Notes under the pieces: generated by a model | Database searches by the model: none | What the model was told of the DNA's origin: nothing | What the model saw: only the letters and a program-made list of their open reading frames with translations | Shown: in pieces, positions 38,006 through 47,460 of the stretch | How positions within the stretch are numbered: the first letter of the stretch is position 1 | How the letters are laid out: every line of letters begins with the position of its first letter | From: Alphaproteobacteria bacterium | Lineage (GTDB): Bacteria; Pseudomonadota; Alphaproteobacteria; UBA828 | Direction: 5' to 3' | Assembly: GCA_963667785.2 (NCBI GenBank) | Contig: CAXXMU010000002.1 | Span: 864,001 to 928,000 of the forward strand | DNA: 64,000 nt | Program-made: the position numbers and the translations under genes

Positions 38006-40504
38006 TCAGTCGCGCATGCGGCCGCCATTGGGATCGTAGAGCGGCGTGGTCTCGACCCGTGCCGGGAACATCTCGCCCAGGATCTCGATATCGAAGCGCT
38101 CGTCGGTCGCCGCGATCGCCGTCGGCACGTAGCCCAGCGCCATCGACTGCCCCACGTGGTGCGCGTATCCGCCGGAGCAGACATAGCCCACCGCCGCGCC
38201 GTCTCTCAGGATCGCCTCGTCGTTGGAGACGTCGATGGGCGCGCCGTCGATCTCCGGCGCATCGATGACCAGCGGCACCAGGCGCTTCGCAGGCCCCGAC
38301 CGGCGCTCTGCGTCCGCCGCCGCCTTGCCGACGAACTCCTTGTCCCACTGGATGAAGGCGTCGAGCCCGCTTTCCGCCGCCGTGAAGTCCGGCCGGTAGT
38401 CGAGCGTCCAGACGCCCCAGGCCTTCTCCAGCCGGAGCGACATCAGCGCCCGCGCACCGTACCAGCAGAGGCCGAGATCGGCGCCGGCGGCCTCGATCGC
38501 CTCCGCGAGCGCGATCTGGAACTGGGGTGCGACGTAGATCTCGTAGCCGAGCTCGCCCGAGAAGCTGAGCCGCGAGACGATGGCCGGGACGCCGCCGACG
38601 AAGCACCGCCGGATGTCGCGGAAGCGGAATGCGTCCGCCGACACGTCGTCGCGGGTGATGCGTGCGAGCAGCGCGCGCGAGCGCGGGCCGGAGAGGGCGA
38701 TGCCGTGCAGCGCGTCGGAGAGGTTGCGGTAGTCGACGCCCGTGCCGAGGCGCTGCACGAACCAGCGCCGGTGCGCCTCCTGCATCGCGCCCGAACCCAC
38801 CACCAGGAAGTCGTCCTCGGCGAGGCAGGCGACGGTCAGGTCGCCGTAGAGCTTGCCCTTCTCCGTCAGCATCGGCGCGAGCGCGAGACGGCCGGGCCCC
38901 GGTACGCGGCCGGCCAGCACGCGATCCAGGAAGGTGCGGGCGCCGGGGCCGGTGAACCCGTGCTTGGAGTAGTTGGCGATCTCGATGCAGCCCACGGCCT
39001 CGCGCACCGCCTTCACCTCGCGCGCGACATAGTCGTGCGCCCGGGAGCGGCGGAAGGACGGGTCCTCGTGGGCGTCCTCGGGCCCGTCGGCGAACCAGAG
39101 CGCGTGCTCCAGCCCGAAGCCCTGGTCCATCACCGCGCCCTTCGCCACCAGCCGGTCGTGGAGCGCGGTGGTCTTCTGGCGCCGGCCCTTCGGCAGGGTC
39201 TCGTTGGGGAAGGTCATCACGAAGCGGCGCTCGTAGTTCTCAGACGACTTGACCGTGCCCCAGTCGGGCGTCGCGAACTCGCCGAAGCGGGCGATGTCCA
39301 TGGCCCACACGTCGATCGAGGGCTCGCCGTCGATCATCCACTCGGCGATGCTGCGCCCCACGCCGCCGCCCTGGCAGAAGCCCGCCATCACGCCCACCGC
39401 CACCCAGTAGTTCCTGACCCCCGGCACCGGGCCGATCATGGGGTTGCCGTCGGGGCCGAAGGTGAAGGGGCCGTTGATGACGTCCTTGATCCCGGCGTCG
39501 GCGATGGCGGGGATCCGCTCGAAGGACATCTCCAGCCGGTCGGCGATGCGGTCGAGATCGGGCTGCAGCAGCTCCTGGCCGAAGTCGAGCGGCGTGCCGG
39601 CGACGTTCCAGGGCGTTGACTTCGGCTCGTAGGTTCCGAGCAGAACTCCTTGACGCTCCTGGCGAAAATAGATGTTGGCCTCGTAGTCGATGCCGCCCGG
39701 CAGGCGGCCGGCGCCGCCCTCGCCCATCCGCTCGACGATGACGGGGATCGGCTCGGTGATGAGGTAGTGGTGCTCCATCGGCTGGACCGGGAGCTCGATG
39801 CCCGCCAGCCGCCCGACCTCGCGCGCCCAGAGCCCGCCGCAGTTCACGACCTGCTCGGCGTTCACCGTGCCGCGCGGCGTCACCACGTCCCACGTGCCGT
39901 CGGAGCGCTGACTGGTCTCGACCACCGGCGTCTGCGTGAAGTACTGCGCGCCGTGAACGCGGGCCGACTTGGCGAAGGCGTAGGTCGCGCCGGAGGGGTC
40001 GAGGTCGCCGTCGAGCTCGTCCCAGAGCGCCGCGTAGTAGTGCTTCGGGTCGATGAGCGGATGGCGCTCGGCGACCTCGGCAGGCGAGATGAACTCCTGG
40101 TCGAGCCCCATGTAGCGGGCCTTGGAGCGCTCGCGCTTCAGGTAGTCGTACCAGTCCCGCGTCGACGCGAGATAGAAGCCGCCGGTCCTGTTCAGCCCGA
40201 CCGATTGCCCGGAGGTCTCCTCGATCTCCTCGTAGAGGTTGATCGTGTAGCCCTGCAGGCGGGAGATGTTGGGGTCCGACGAGAGCGTGTGGATCATCCC
40301 GGCCGCGTGCCATGACGAGCCGGCGGTGAGCTGGTCCCGCTCCAGCAGGATCACGTCCTTCCAGCCGAACTTCGCGAGGTGGAACAGGATCGAGCAGCCG
40401 ACCACGCCGCCGCCGATGACGACCACCCTGGCATGGCGGGGAAGCGGCTTGCCGGCGTCTCCGGCGCTCTCGTCTCGCCGAATCTCAGGCATCGCGGCAC
40501 TCAC
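38006..40504 (-). CDS. GcvT-family dimethylglycine/sarcosine dehydrogenase-like protein
   Basis: VVIGGGVVG, LTAGSSWHAAG (covalent-FAD His), NGPFTFGPDG, folate domain SFSGELGYEI..SLRLEK, YDP. Confidence 0.92.
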   Translation of the reverse strand: MSAAMPEIRRDESAGDAGKPLPRHARVVVIGGGVVGCSILFHLAKFGWKDVILLERDQLTAGSSWHAAGMIHTLSSDPNISRLQGYTINLYEEIEETSGQSVGLNRTGGFYLASTRDWYDYLKRERSKARYMGLDQEFISPAEVAERHPLIDPKHYYAALWDELDGDLDPSGATYAFAKSARVHGAQYFTQTPVVETSQRSDGTWDVVTPRGTVNAEQVVNCGGLWAREVGRLAGIELPVQPMEHHYLITEPIPVIVERMGEGGAGRLPGGIDYEANIYFRQERQGVLLGTYEPKSTPWNVAGTPLDFGQELLQPDLDRIADRLEMSFERIPAIADAGIKDVINGPFTFGPDGNPMIGPVPGVRNYWVAVGVMAGFCQGGGVGRSIAEWMIDGEPSIDVWAMDIARFGEFATPDWGTVKSSENYERRFVMTFPNETLPKGRRQKTTALHDRLVAKGAVMDQGFGLEHALWFADGPEDAHEDPSFRRSRAHDYVAREVKAVREAVGCIEIANYSKHGFTGPGARTFLDRVLAGRVPGPGRLALAPMLTEKGKLYGDLTVACLAEDDFLVVGSGAMQEAHRRWFVQRLGTGVDYRNLSDALHGIALSGPRSRALLARITRDDVSADAFRFRDIRRCFVGGVPAIVSRLSFSGELGYEIYVAPQFQIALAEAIEAAGADLGLCWYGARALMSLRLEKAWGVWTLDYRPDFTAAESGLDAFIQWDKEFVGKAAADAERRSGPAKRLVPLVIDAPEIDGAPIDVSNDEAILRDGAAVGYVCSGGYAHHVGQSMALGYVPTAIAATDERFDIEILGEMFPARVETTPLYDPNGGRMRD

Positions 40505-40612
40505 TCGGTTTCAGAGCCGGCGGGACGGTCCACCTCCCTCCGTCCTCATAGCACCCGAGCGCGCGCGGTCATTGGCCTCTATGAGACGTGTCCTGCTCCG
40601 ATAGCGGCAGAA

Positions 40613-42226
40613 TCACCCATTCGGCCCGCCGCCGCCGGCGCGCCAATAGGGGGTGGCCGCGGCGAAGGCGTGCCAGTCCTCCGCGATCCTGGCGCGGACC
40701 TCCTCGCGGGCGCGGGCATGCCAGCCCATCACCTGGCCGGCGCCGATCCCGAGCGCGACGCGATCCTCGCTGTCGCGATGGGCGTGGAGCAGCTCCCGCA
40801 GGCGGCGCTCCGCCACCACCGCGTCGTTGAGGTGGCCGAGCCCGTCCTGCAGCCGCCGCGCCGCCCTGATGAAGGGGCGGGGCTTGCTCTCTGGGAACTG
40901 CGCGGCGAAGAACTCGCCCGCGTAGCGCAGTTTCTTGAGCGTGATCCTGAGCCGGTGGAGGCGGTCGTCGGAGAGTCGCTCGAAGTTGCGCCCGCGCTTG
41001 AGCACCCGCGCGTGCCGCTTGTCGAGCAGGCGTCCGGCGAGGCCCGCGAGCGGCCGGTCGAGCGCGGCCTCGTCCGCGCCGATCCGCCAGCCGGCGGTCT
41101 CGATCCAGCGGCTGAAGCTGAGCAGGAACGACGTGTATGCGGGCGCACGCAGCGCCTCCGCCTGCTCGTAGGCCCGGGCGCGCTCCGTCTCGGCAGCGGC
41201 GGCGAGCCGGTCGAGAGCGTCGTCACCGGGCCGGGCCGCGCGGACGGCCGGCAGCGTCTCGATGATGAACACGTCCCAGTCGCGGGCCGGGCCGAGCAGG
41301 TCGATGAGGCGGCTCGCCTCGCGCTCGATCCAGGCGGTATCGCCCGGCGGCAGCACGGTCTTGAACGCCGAGATGGCCGAGCGCAGCCGGCGCAGGGCGA
41401 CGCGGAACTGGTGCACGCCCTCGGGATCGCTGTGGTCCAGCACCGCGTCGTGGTTCGCGGCGCAGTGGCTCGCGCAGGCGCGGAAGATCGCGGCGAGCGC
41501 GTCCTCCACGGATATCCCCGGCGCCAGTGCGAGCGCCGGCGCCTTGCAGCCGGCATAGCCCTCGCCGCCCGCCAGCACGTAGCCGCGCTTCGCCTTGCTC
41601 GCGGTCTGAATGCGAAGCGGCGCGGAGGCGTGCAGCGTCATGGCGAGCTCGTAGAGCGCGCTCGCCGGGCCCTCGATCAGCTCGAGCTCCAGCTCGGAGA
41701 TGGTGTCGTGCCGGTTCCGCGCCCTGATCTCGCCGCTGTCGAGCGCGAGCTCGACCAGCGCGGTGCCGCGACCCGGCGCGGCGACCTCGACCATGGCGGT
41801 GCGCCGCATCACGTCCGTGGAAAAGGCCGGCGTGAGCTCGGTCGACCGGAGCGGCCCCACCGCGGCGCGCACCGCCGGATCCTGCACGACGGGCAGGCGC
41901 GGTGTCGTCCCCTCGACGGGGCACGACCATTCGTTGCGCCTGAGCACGGCGCCGGCGTCCGACGGCCCCTCCGACTTGAGCGTCTGCACCAGCCGCTCCC
42001 CGTCCTCGCGGATGCGCAGCGTGAAGCCGCGCCGGCGCAGGCGGAAGTCGCCGGTATCGTAGTAGGTGCTGCGCAGCCGCTGCGCGCGCTCGTGCCCGCC
42101 CGCGGGAACCGCGGCGCGCCAGCCGCGGTCGAGGGCGGCGGGATCGCCGCCCAGCGTCAGCTCGACCTCGAGCGCGTGTCCGCTCTCTGCGGCGGCGGTC
42201 TCGGCCCCGCCGTCTTTCTCTCCCAT
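40613..42226 (-). CDS. CYTH + CHAD domain protein (inorganic triphosphatase-like)
   Basis: EVEL, YYDT..LRIR..QTLK, ELELEL, SKAKRGY; CHAD VHQFRVALRRLRS, HRLRI..KKLRY, LQDGLG.LND. Confidence 0.92.
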   Translation of the reverse strand: MGEKDGGAETAAAESGHALEVELTLGGDPAALDRGWRAAVPAGGHERAQRLRSTYYDTGDFRLRRRGFTLRIREDGERLVQTLKSEGPSDAGAVLRRNEWSCPVEGTTPRLPVVQDPAVRAAVGPLRSTELTPAFSTDVMRRTAMVEVAAPGRGTALVELALDSGEIRARNRHDTISELELELIEGPASALYELAMTLHASAPLRIQTASKAKRGYVLAGGEGYAGCKAPALALAPGISVEDALAAIFRACASHCAANHDAVLDHSDPEGVHQFRVALRRLRSAISAFKTVLPPGDTAWIEREASRLIDLLGPARDWDVFIIETLPAVRAARPGDDALDRLAAAAETERARAYEQAEALRAPAYTSFLLSFSRWIETAGWRIGADEAALDRPLAGLAGRLLDKRHARVLKRGRNFERLSDDRLHRLRITLKKLRYAGEFFAAQFPESKPRPFIRAARRLQDGLGHLNDAVVAERRLRELLHAHRDSEDRVALGIGAGQVMGWHARAREEVRARIAEDWHAFAAATPYWRAGGGGPNG

Positions 42227-42400
42227 GGTCCGCCGTTCCCGCTGCCGGATGCAGGAGTCTCGTTCGCCCGCGCCTCAGCGGGAGATAGTCACGAAACTAT
42301 CCTCGCATCGTCAAGGACAGTGAAGCGAAACCGTGACGACAGCACCCGTTGGCCCCGCTGCCGCCGCCGTTTTGAGTTGATGGAGGGGCGGCCTTCCCCT

Positions 42401-42532
42401 ATTCAGGGACGCAAGGCGCGTCGCCTCACGAAAGCACGTCAGAGCACACGTCACGAGCAGGAACGAATTCAGTGACACAAGGCACGTCGCCGCACGAAGG
42501 CACTTCGGAACACGCGTCACGAGGAGGAACGA
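42401..42532 (+). repeat. 66-bp tandem duplication in the leader of the sugar ABC operon
   Basis: 42401-42466 versus 42467-42532 align without gaps, 56/66 identical. Confidence 0.9.
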
Positions 42533-42536
42533 ACCC

Positions 42537-43871
42537 ATGGCCGACAAGGGCATGAGCTGGCCAAGAGCACCGCTCTCGCGGCGGTCTTTCCTGAAAGGCA
42601 CGGCGGCAGGCGCCGCCGCTCTCGCCGCCGGCACCGGCGCCGGCGCGTTCGCCGGTCGCGCGCAGGCGTCGGACTGGTCCGGCGAGACCCTGCGCTTCAT
42701 GATCATCAATCCGCACGCGGGCTCCATCAAGCCGCTGTCGGAAGGCTTCACCGAGCTGACGGGTGCTGCGGTCGAAGGGGTAAAGGTCCCCTACGACCAG
42801 ATCACGGCGCAGTCGACTCTGGACGTGATGTCCGGCACCAACGAGATCGACGTCTTCCAGTACTGGTACGTCGACAAGGAAGCGCTGGTGCGTGACGGCG
42901 TGCTCGCCGACATCACCGATCGCATCGCGGCGGAGGAGGCCGACATCGACCCCGCCGACTTCCTGGGCTCGCTCTACGACGCCTACACCCTGGTGGACGG
43001 GCGCCGCTACGGCCTGCCCTATGACGGCGACACGCACGTCCTCTTCTACAACAAGGAGATCCTGGACCGGAACGGGCTGCAGCCGCCGGCGACGTGGGAC
43101 GAGTACAACGCCGTCGCCAAGGCGGTGACGGATGCGGAAGCGGCCAACGGCGTCTACGGCGCGCTGCTGATGTGCAAGCAGTTCCCCATCATCCTCTGCT
43201 CGACCTACGCGAACCGGCTGGGCGGCTACGGCGGCGACTTCCTCGACGCCAACGGCGCCCCGGCGTTGACGAGCGATGCCGCCATCGGCGCGGCGCAGAC
43301 GATGCTGGAGGCCGGACCCTCTGCGGTGCCGACGCCGCTCGAGACCGAGTTCGGCAACTCGATCCCCGTGTTCCTGAGCGGCGGCGCCGCCATGATCGAG
43401 TTCTGGACCGATCTCGGCACCTGGGCGCAGGACGCGAACCAGAGCCAGATCGTCGACAAGTGGGGCGTCGTGCCCATGCCGGTCGCCGGCAGCAACACGG
43501 TCAACCGCCCGGCGATGAACGCGGGCTGGTCCTTCGGCGTCTCGTCGGGCTCGCACAATCCCGAGATGGCGTGGGAGTTCGTGCGCATGTCGTCGAGCAA
43601 GGACTTCCACGTGCGCGTGCTCACCGACAACACCACCGGCGTCGACCCGACCCGGCGCTCGGCGATGCCCGCCTATCGCGACTTCGCCCCGCTGCAGGCG
43701 GACGCCGTGGAGCAGGCCATCGACGACGCCTTCCCCTGGCCGACCAAGCCGGAATCGCCCAAGCTCATGCAGACGCTCACCGACGAGCTCGGCCTGATGA
43801 TGGCCGGCGACAAGACCGTCGAGCAGGCCATGGGCGATGCCCAGGCCGCCTGGGAGGATATTCTCGGTTAG
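42537..43871 (+). CDS. Sugar ABC transporter solute-binding protein, Tat signal
   Basis: SRRSFLK, YGLPYDG..LFYNKEIL..PPATWDE. Confidence 0.92.
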   Translation: MADKGMSWPRAPLSRRSFLKGTAAGAAALAAGTGAGAFAGRAQASDWSGETLRFMIINPHAGSIKPLSEGFTELTGAAVEGVKVPYDQITAQSTLDVMSGTNEIDVFQYWYVDKEALVRDGVLADITDRIAAEEADIDPADFLGSLYDAYTLVDGRRYGLPYDGDTHVLFYNKEILDRNGLQPPATWDEYNAVAKAVTDAEAANGVYGALLMCKQFPIILCSTYANRLGGYGGDFLDANGAPALTSDAAIGAAQTMLEAGPSAVPTPLETEFGNSIPVFLSGGAAMIEFWTDLGTWAQDANQSQIVDKWGVVPMPVAGSNTVNRPAMNAGWSFGVSSGSHNPEMAWEFVRMSSSKDFHVRVLTDNTTGVDPTRRSAMPAYRDFAPLQADAVEQAIDDAFPWPTKPESPKLMQTLTDELGLMMAGDKTVEQAMGDAQAAWEDILG

Positions 43872-43939
43872 CCTGACCGTGGACCGGGCGGCCGCACGCG
43901 CAGGGAACACCCCCGCCGCGGCCGCCCCGTCTTCCCGTC

Positions 43940-44896
43940 ATGGCTGAGCCGGACTCCGCGCCGGCGCGCGCGCGGGCGGCAGTGGACGCGGGCGGTCGCA
44001 GGGCCGGCTTGCTCGCGCTCGACCGGCGGCGGCTGATCGGCTGGGCGGTGGTCATGCCGCTCGTCGGCGGCCTCGTCGTCTTCGCCGTCTATCCCTTCAT
44101 CTACCTGATCTTCCTCTCCTTCTCCGATTCCAACCTGGGCACGCTGTTCCGCGGCTGGGTCGGCGTCGAGCACTACACGGACTCCATCGGCCAGGCGAAG
44201 TTCACGAGCTCCCTGGTCCGCTCCATCGTCTTCGCGCTGATGACGACGCTGGTATCGGTCGTGCTCGGCGTTTGCGTGGCCCTTCTCCTCGACCGCGCGG
44301 TGAAGGGCCGGCAGATCCTGCGCACGCTCATCCTGCTGCCGCTGATGACTCCGCCGATCACCGTGGCCGTCATGTGGCAGCTTCTGCTAATGCCGAAGGG
44401 GGGGTGGCTCAACAGCTTCCTCATGGACATGGCGCTCTTCAGCCAGCCGGTGAGCTTTCTGGGCTCGCCCACCATGGCCTTCCCCTTCGTCTGCCTCGCG
44501 GACGTGTGGCAGTGGACGCCCTTCATCGCGCTGATGACCTACGCGGCGCTGCAGACCCTGCCCGAGGACATCTACGAGGCGGCCAGGCTCGACGGCGCGT
44601 CGGGGCCCGCGATGTTCTGGTCCATCACGCTGCCGATGCTGGCGCCGGCGCTGCTCGCCATCGCCGTGCTCAAGCTCGTCATCGCCTTCAAGGTCTTCGA
44701 CCTGGTCTTCGTGCTGACCGGCGGCGGGCCGGGGCAGGCGACCACGGTCTCGAGCTTCTACATCTACAGGGTCGCGATCCAGCAGTTCGACATCGGCGCG
44801 GCGGCGGCGCAGACGCTGATGTTCGCGGTGGTGGTGGGGCTCGTCACCATCCCCTTCACCACCGCCCACGACGTCGCCGAGAAGAGGCTCTCGTGA
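43940..44896 (+). CDS. Carbohydrate ABC transporter permease
   Basis: DVWQWTPF, YEAARLDGA, FKVFD..LTGGGPG. Confidence 0.93.
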   Translation: MAEPDSAPARARAAVDAGGRRAGLLALDRRRLIGWAVVMPLVGGLVVFAVYPFIYLIFLSFSDSNLGTLFRGWVGVEHYTDSIGQAKFTSSLVRSIVFALMTTLVSVVLGVCVALLLDRAVKGRQILRTLILLPLMTPPITVAVMWQLLLMPKGGWLNSFLMDMALFSQPVSFLGSPTMAFPFVCLADVWQWTPFIALMTYAALQTLPEDIYEAARLDGASGPAMFWSITLPMLAPALLAIAVLKLVIAFKVFDLVFVLTGGGPGQATTVSSFYIYRVAIQQFDIGAAAAQTLMFAVVVGLVTIPFTTAHDVAEKRLS

Positions 44897-45759
44897 GGAG
44901 CGCCCGCGCCAGCGCGGCCGACGGCGGCCGCTGGCTCTCGGAGGCGCCGGTCGACCTCTGGACGCTCGCGCGCTGGGCCGGCACCGCAGCCGTGGTGCTC
45001 TTCTTCATCTTCCCCATGATCTTCATGTTCATGGTCTCGCTGAAGACGCAGCCCGACATCGCGAGCGGCGGCTTCCTGCCCGAGGAGTGGTTCTGGCAGA
45101 ACTACCCCGACGCGTGGAACTCCGTCGCCGTCGGCACCTACCTGCGCAACTCCATCGTCGCGGCCGCGCTCGGCGCGCTGGTGACGCTGGTCATCGCCGT
45201 GCCGGCTACGCACGCCATCGTGCGCTACCGCATCGGCGGCAAGTTCCTGCCGGCCTTCATCCTCGCCACCTACGTGGCGCCGCCGATCGTGGCGCTCTTC
45301 CCCCTCTTCTTCCTGCTGCGCTCGATCGGGCTGGTGAACACGCTCTTCGGCATGGCGCTGGTCTACGGCGTGATGAACCTGCCGGTCGCCTTCTGGCTGC
45401 TGTCGAGCTTCGTACGCCGCCTGCCGGAGGAGCTCGAGGATGCCGCCCGCATCGACGGCGCGGGCTACGGCTCCGTGCTGCTGCGCGTCACCGTGCCGCT
45501 GCTCATGCCGGGCATCATCAGCACCGGGATCATCTGCCTGATCCTCGCCTACAACGAGTTCCTGCTGGCCTCGTTCCTGACGCGGAGCGAGAGCACGCAG
45601 ACCCTGCCGGTGGGCCTCTCGCTCTACCAGGGGGACCGGCAGCTCAGGTACGGCCAGATGTCGGTGGCCTCGCTCATCGGCATCGTGCCGGTCTACCTGC
45701 TGGCGATGTTCTTCCAGCGCTGGCTCATCCGCGGGCTCACCGCGGGAGGCACGAAGTAG
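44893..45759 (+). CDS. Carbohydrate ABC transporter permease
   Basis: LPEELEDAARIDGA, YNEFL, TLPVG, FQRWLIRGLTAGGTK; GTGA overlap. Confidence 0.92.
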   Translation: MRSARASAADGGRWLSEAPVDLWTLARWAGTAAVVLFFIFPMIFMFMVSLKTQPDIASGGFLPEEWFWQNYPDAWNSVAVGTYLRNSIVAAALGALVTLVIAVPATHAIVRYRIGGKFLPAFILATYVAPPIVALFPLFFLLRSIGLVNTLFGMALVYGVMNLPVAFWLLSSFVRRLPEELEDAARIDGAGYGSVLLRVTVPLLMPGIISTGIICLILAYNEFLLASFLTRSESTQTLPVGLSLYQGDRQLRYGQMSVASLIGIVPVYLLAMFFQRWLIRGLTAGGTK

Positions 45760-45761
45760 CG

Positions 45762-46349
45762 ATGACCGCACCCGTCGAGATCGCGACCATGCTGCGCGGG
45801 CTGGTCGACGTGCTGCTGCCGGGCGACGGGCGCTTTCCCGCCGCCAGCGCCGCCGGCACCCATGGCGCGGTGGCGGAGCGGCTGCTGGCGCAGGTGGGCG
45901 ACAGCGCGCTCGACGACCTCGCGGCCGCTCTCGTCGACTGCGGCGGGCCGCTCGCGCCTCTCGACAAGGCGGGGCGTGAGGCGGTGGTGCGCCGCTTCGA
46001 GGAGACCCGCCCCGAGCAGTTCGAGACGCTCCGCATGGTGAGCGTCCTCGCCTACTACGAGAGCCCCGCCGTGGTGCGCGCCGTGCGCGCCCTCGGCCAT
46101 GACTACAACGACGCGCCGCAGCCCGCGGGCTACGCCATGGCGCCCTTCGACGAGCACGACCCGCAGCAGGCGCCCGCGCACCGGCGCGGGAGCTACGTCA
46201 GGACCGAGGACGTGACCCGTCTCGACCTCGCGCCGCTGCCGGCCGATCCGCTCGCGCCGGAGACCGTCACCGGCGACGACGCGGTGGCGAGCGGCCGCGG
46301 CGCCATCGCCAGGGGCGCGGGCAGCCGGCCGGCAAGCGAGCGGACATAG
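45762..46349 (+). CDS. Gluconate 2-dehydrogenase subunit 3 (gamma)-like protein
   Basis: LVDVLLPGD..FPAAS.AG..F..LR....AYYESP.V..LG..Y..PQP.GY; precedes the GMC gene. Confidence 0.65.
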   Translation: MTAPVEIATMLRGLVDVLLPGDGRFPAASAAGTHGAVAERLLAQVGDSALDDLAAALVDCGGPLAPLDKAGREAVVRRFEETRPEQFETLRMVSVLAYYESPAVVRAVRALGHDYNDAPQPAGYAMAPFDEHDPQQAPAHRRGSYVRTEDVTRLDLAPLPADPLAPETVTGDDAVASGRGAIARGAGSRPASERT

Positions 46350-46370
46350 GGCCGGGAGCAGGGACGAACC

Positions 46371-47450
46371 ATGGCCAGCGTCGAGATCAGGAACGTCTAC
46401 AAGTCCTTCGGGCCCGTCGAGGTGATCCACGGCATCGACGTCGACATCGCCGACAAGGAGCTGGTCGTGCTGGTGGGGCCGTCGGGCTGCGGCAAGTCGA
46501 CGCTGCTCAGGATGATCGCCGGCCTCGAGGACATCACCGCCGGCGAGATCGCCATCGGCGAGAGGGTCGTCAACCGGGTCCCGGCCAAGGATCGGAACAT
46601 CGCCATGGTGTTCCAGTCCTACGCGCTCTATCCGCACATGACCGTCTACCGCAACATGTCCTTCGGCCTGCGCATGCGGAAGATCCCGAAGGACGAGCAG
46701 GATCGCCGCATCGCCTGGGCGGCGGAGATCCTGGAACTCACGGACTACCTCAAGCGCTATCCCCGCCAGCTCTCGGGCGGGCAGAGGCAGCGCGTCGCCA
46801 TGGGGCGCGCCCTGGTGCGCGAGCCCATCGCCTTCCTCTTCGACGAGCCGCTCTCGAACCTCGACGCCCAGCTCCGCGTGCAGATGCGGACCGAGATCCG
46901 CGAGCTGCACCAGCGGCTGCAGACCACCATGATCTACGTCACCCACGATCAGGTGGAGGCCATGACGCTCGCCGACCGCATCGTCGTCATGCGCGACGGC
47001 TACATCGAGCAGATCGGCGCGCCCGCGCACGTCTACGACCGGCCGGCCAACACCTTCGTCGCGGGCTTCATCGGCTCGCCGCAGATGAACCTGCTGCCCG
47101 GCACGCTCGGCGCGGACGGCGGCATCGCGCTGGAGGGCGGCGTCACCGTGCGCCCGGATGGCGGCCTGCCGGCGGAGCCCGGCCGGGCCGTCCTCTACGG
47201 CATCCGGCCGGAGGACCTCCGCCTCGTCGGCGAGGGCGAGGGCTTCGCGCTCACGCTCGACGTGGTCGAGACCACCGGCCGCGAGATCGAGCTGTTCGGC
47301 ACCCTCGGCGCGCGGCGACTCTGCGTGCTGCTGCAGGCGCGCGCCTCCGTCCGCCCCGGCGAGACCGTGTGGATCAGCCCCGACCCGGCGCGCGCCCACA
47401 TCTTCGACGCGGAAACCGGCGTTCGCCTGGACGCCGCCGGTACGGCCTGA
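46371..47450 (+). CDS. Sugar ABC transporter ATPase (MalK/UgpC-like)
   Basis: [49 protein letters not shown]. Confidence 0.95.
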   Translation: MASVEIRNVYKSFGPVEVIHGIDVDIADKELVVLVGPSGCGKSTLLRMIAGLEDITAGEIAIGERVVNRVPAKDRNIAMVFQSYALYPHMTVYRNMSFGLRMRKIPKDEQDRRIAWAAEILELTDYLKRYPRQLSGGQRQRVAMGRALVREPIAFLFDEPLSNLDAQLRVQMRTEIRELHQRLQTTMIYVTHDQVEAMTLADRIVVMRDGYIEQIGAPAHVYDRPANTFVAGFIGSPQMNLLPGTLGADGGIALEGGVTVRPDGGLPAEPGRAVLYGIRPEDLRLVGEGEGFALTLDVVETTGREIELFGTLGARRLCVLLQARASVRPGETVWISPDPARAHIFDAETGVRLDAAGTA

Positions 47451-47460
47451 GGCCCGCGCC

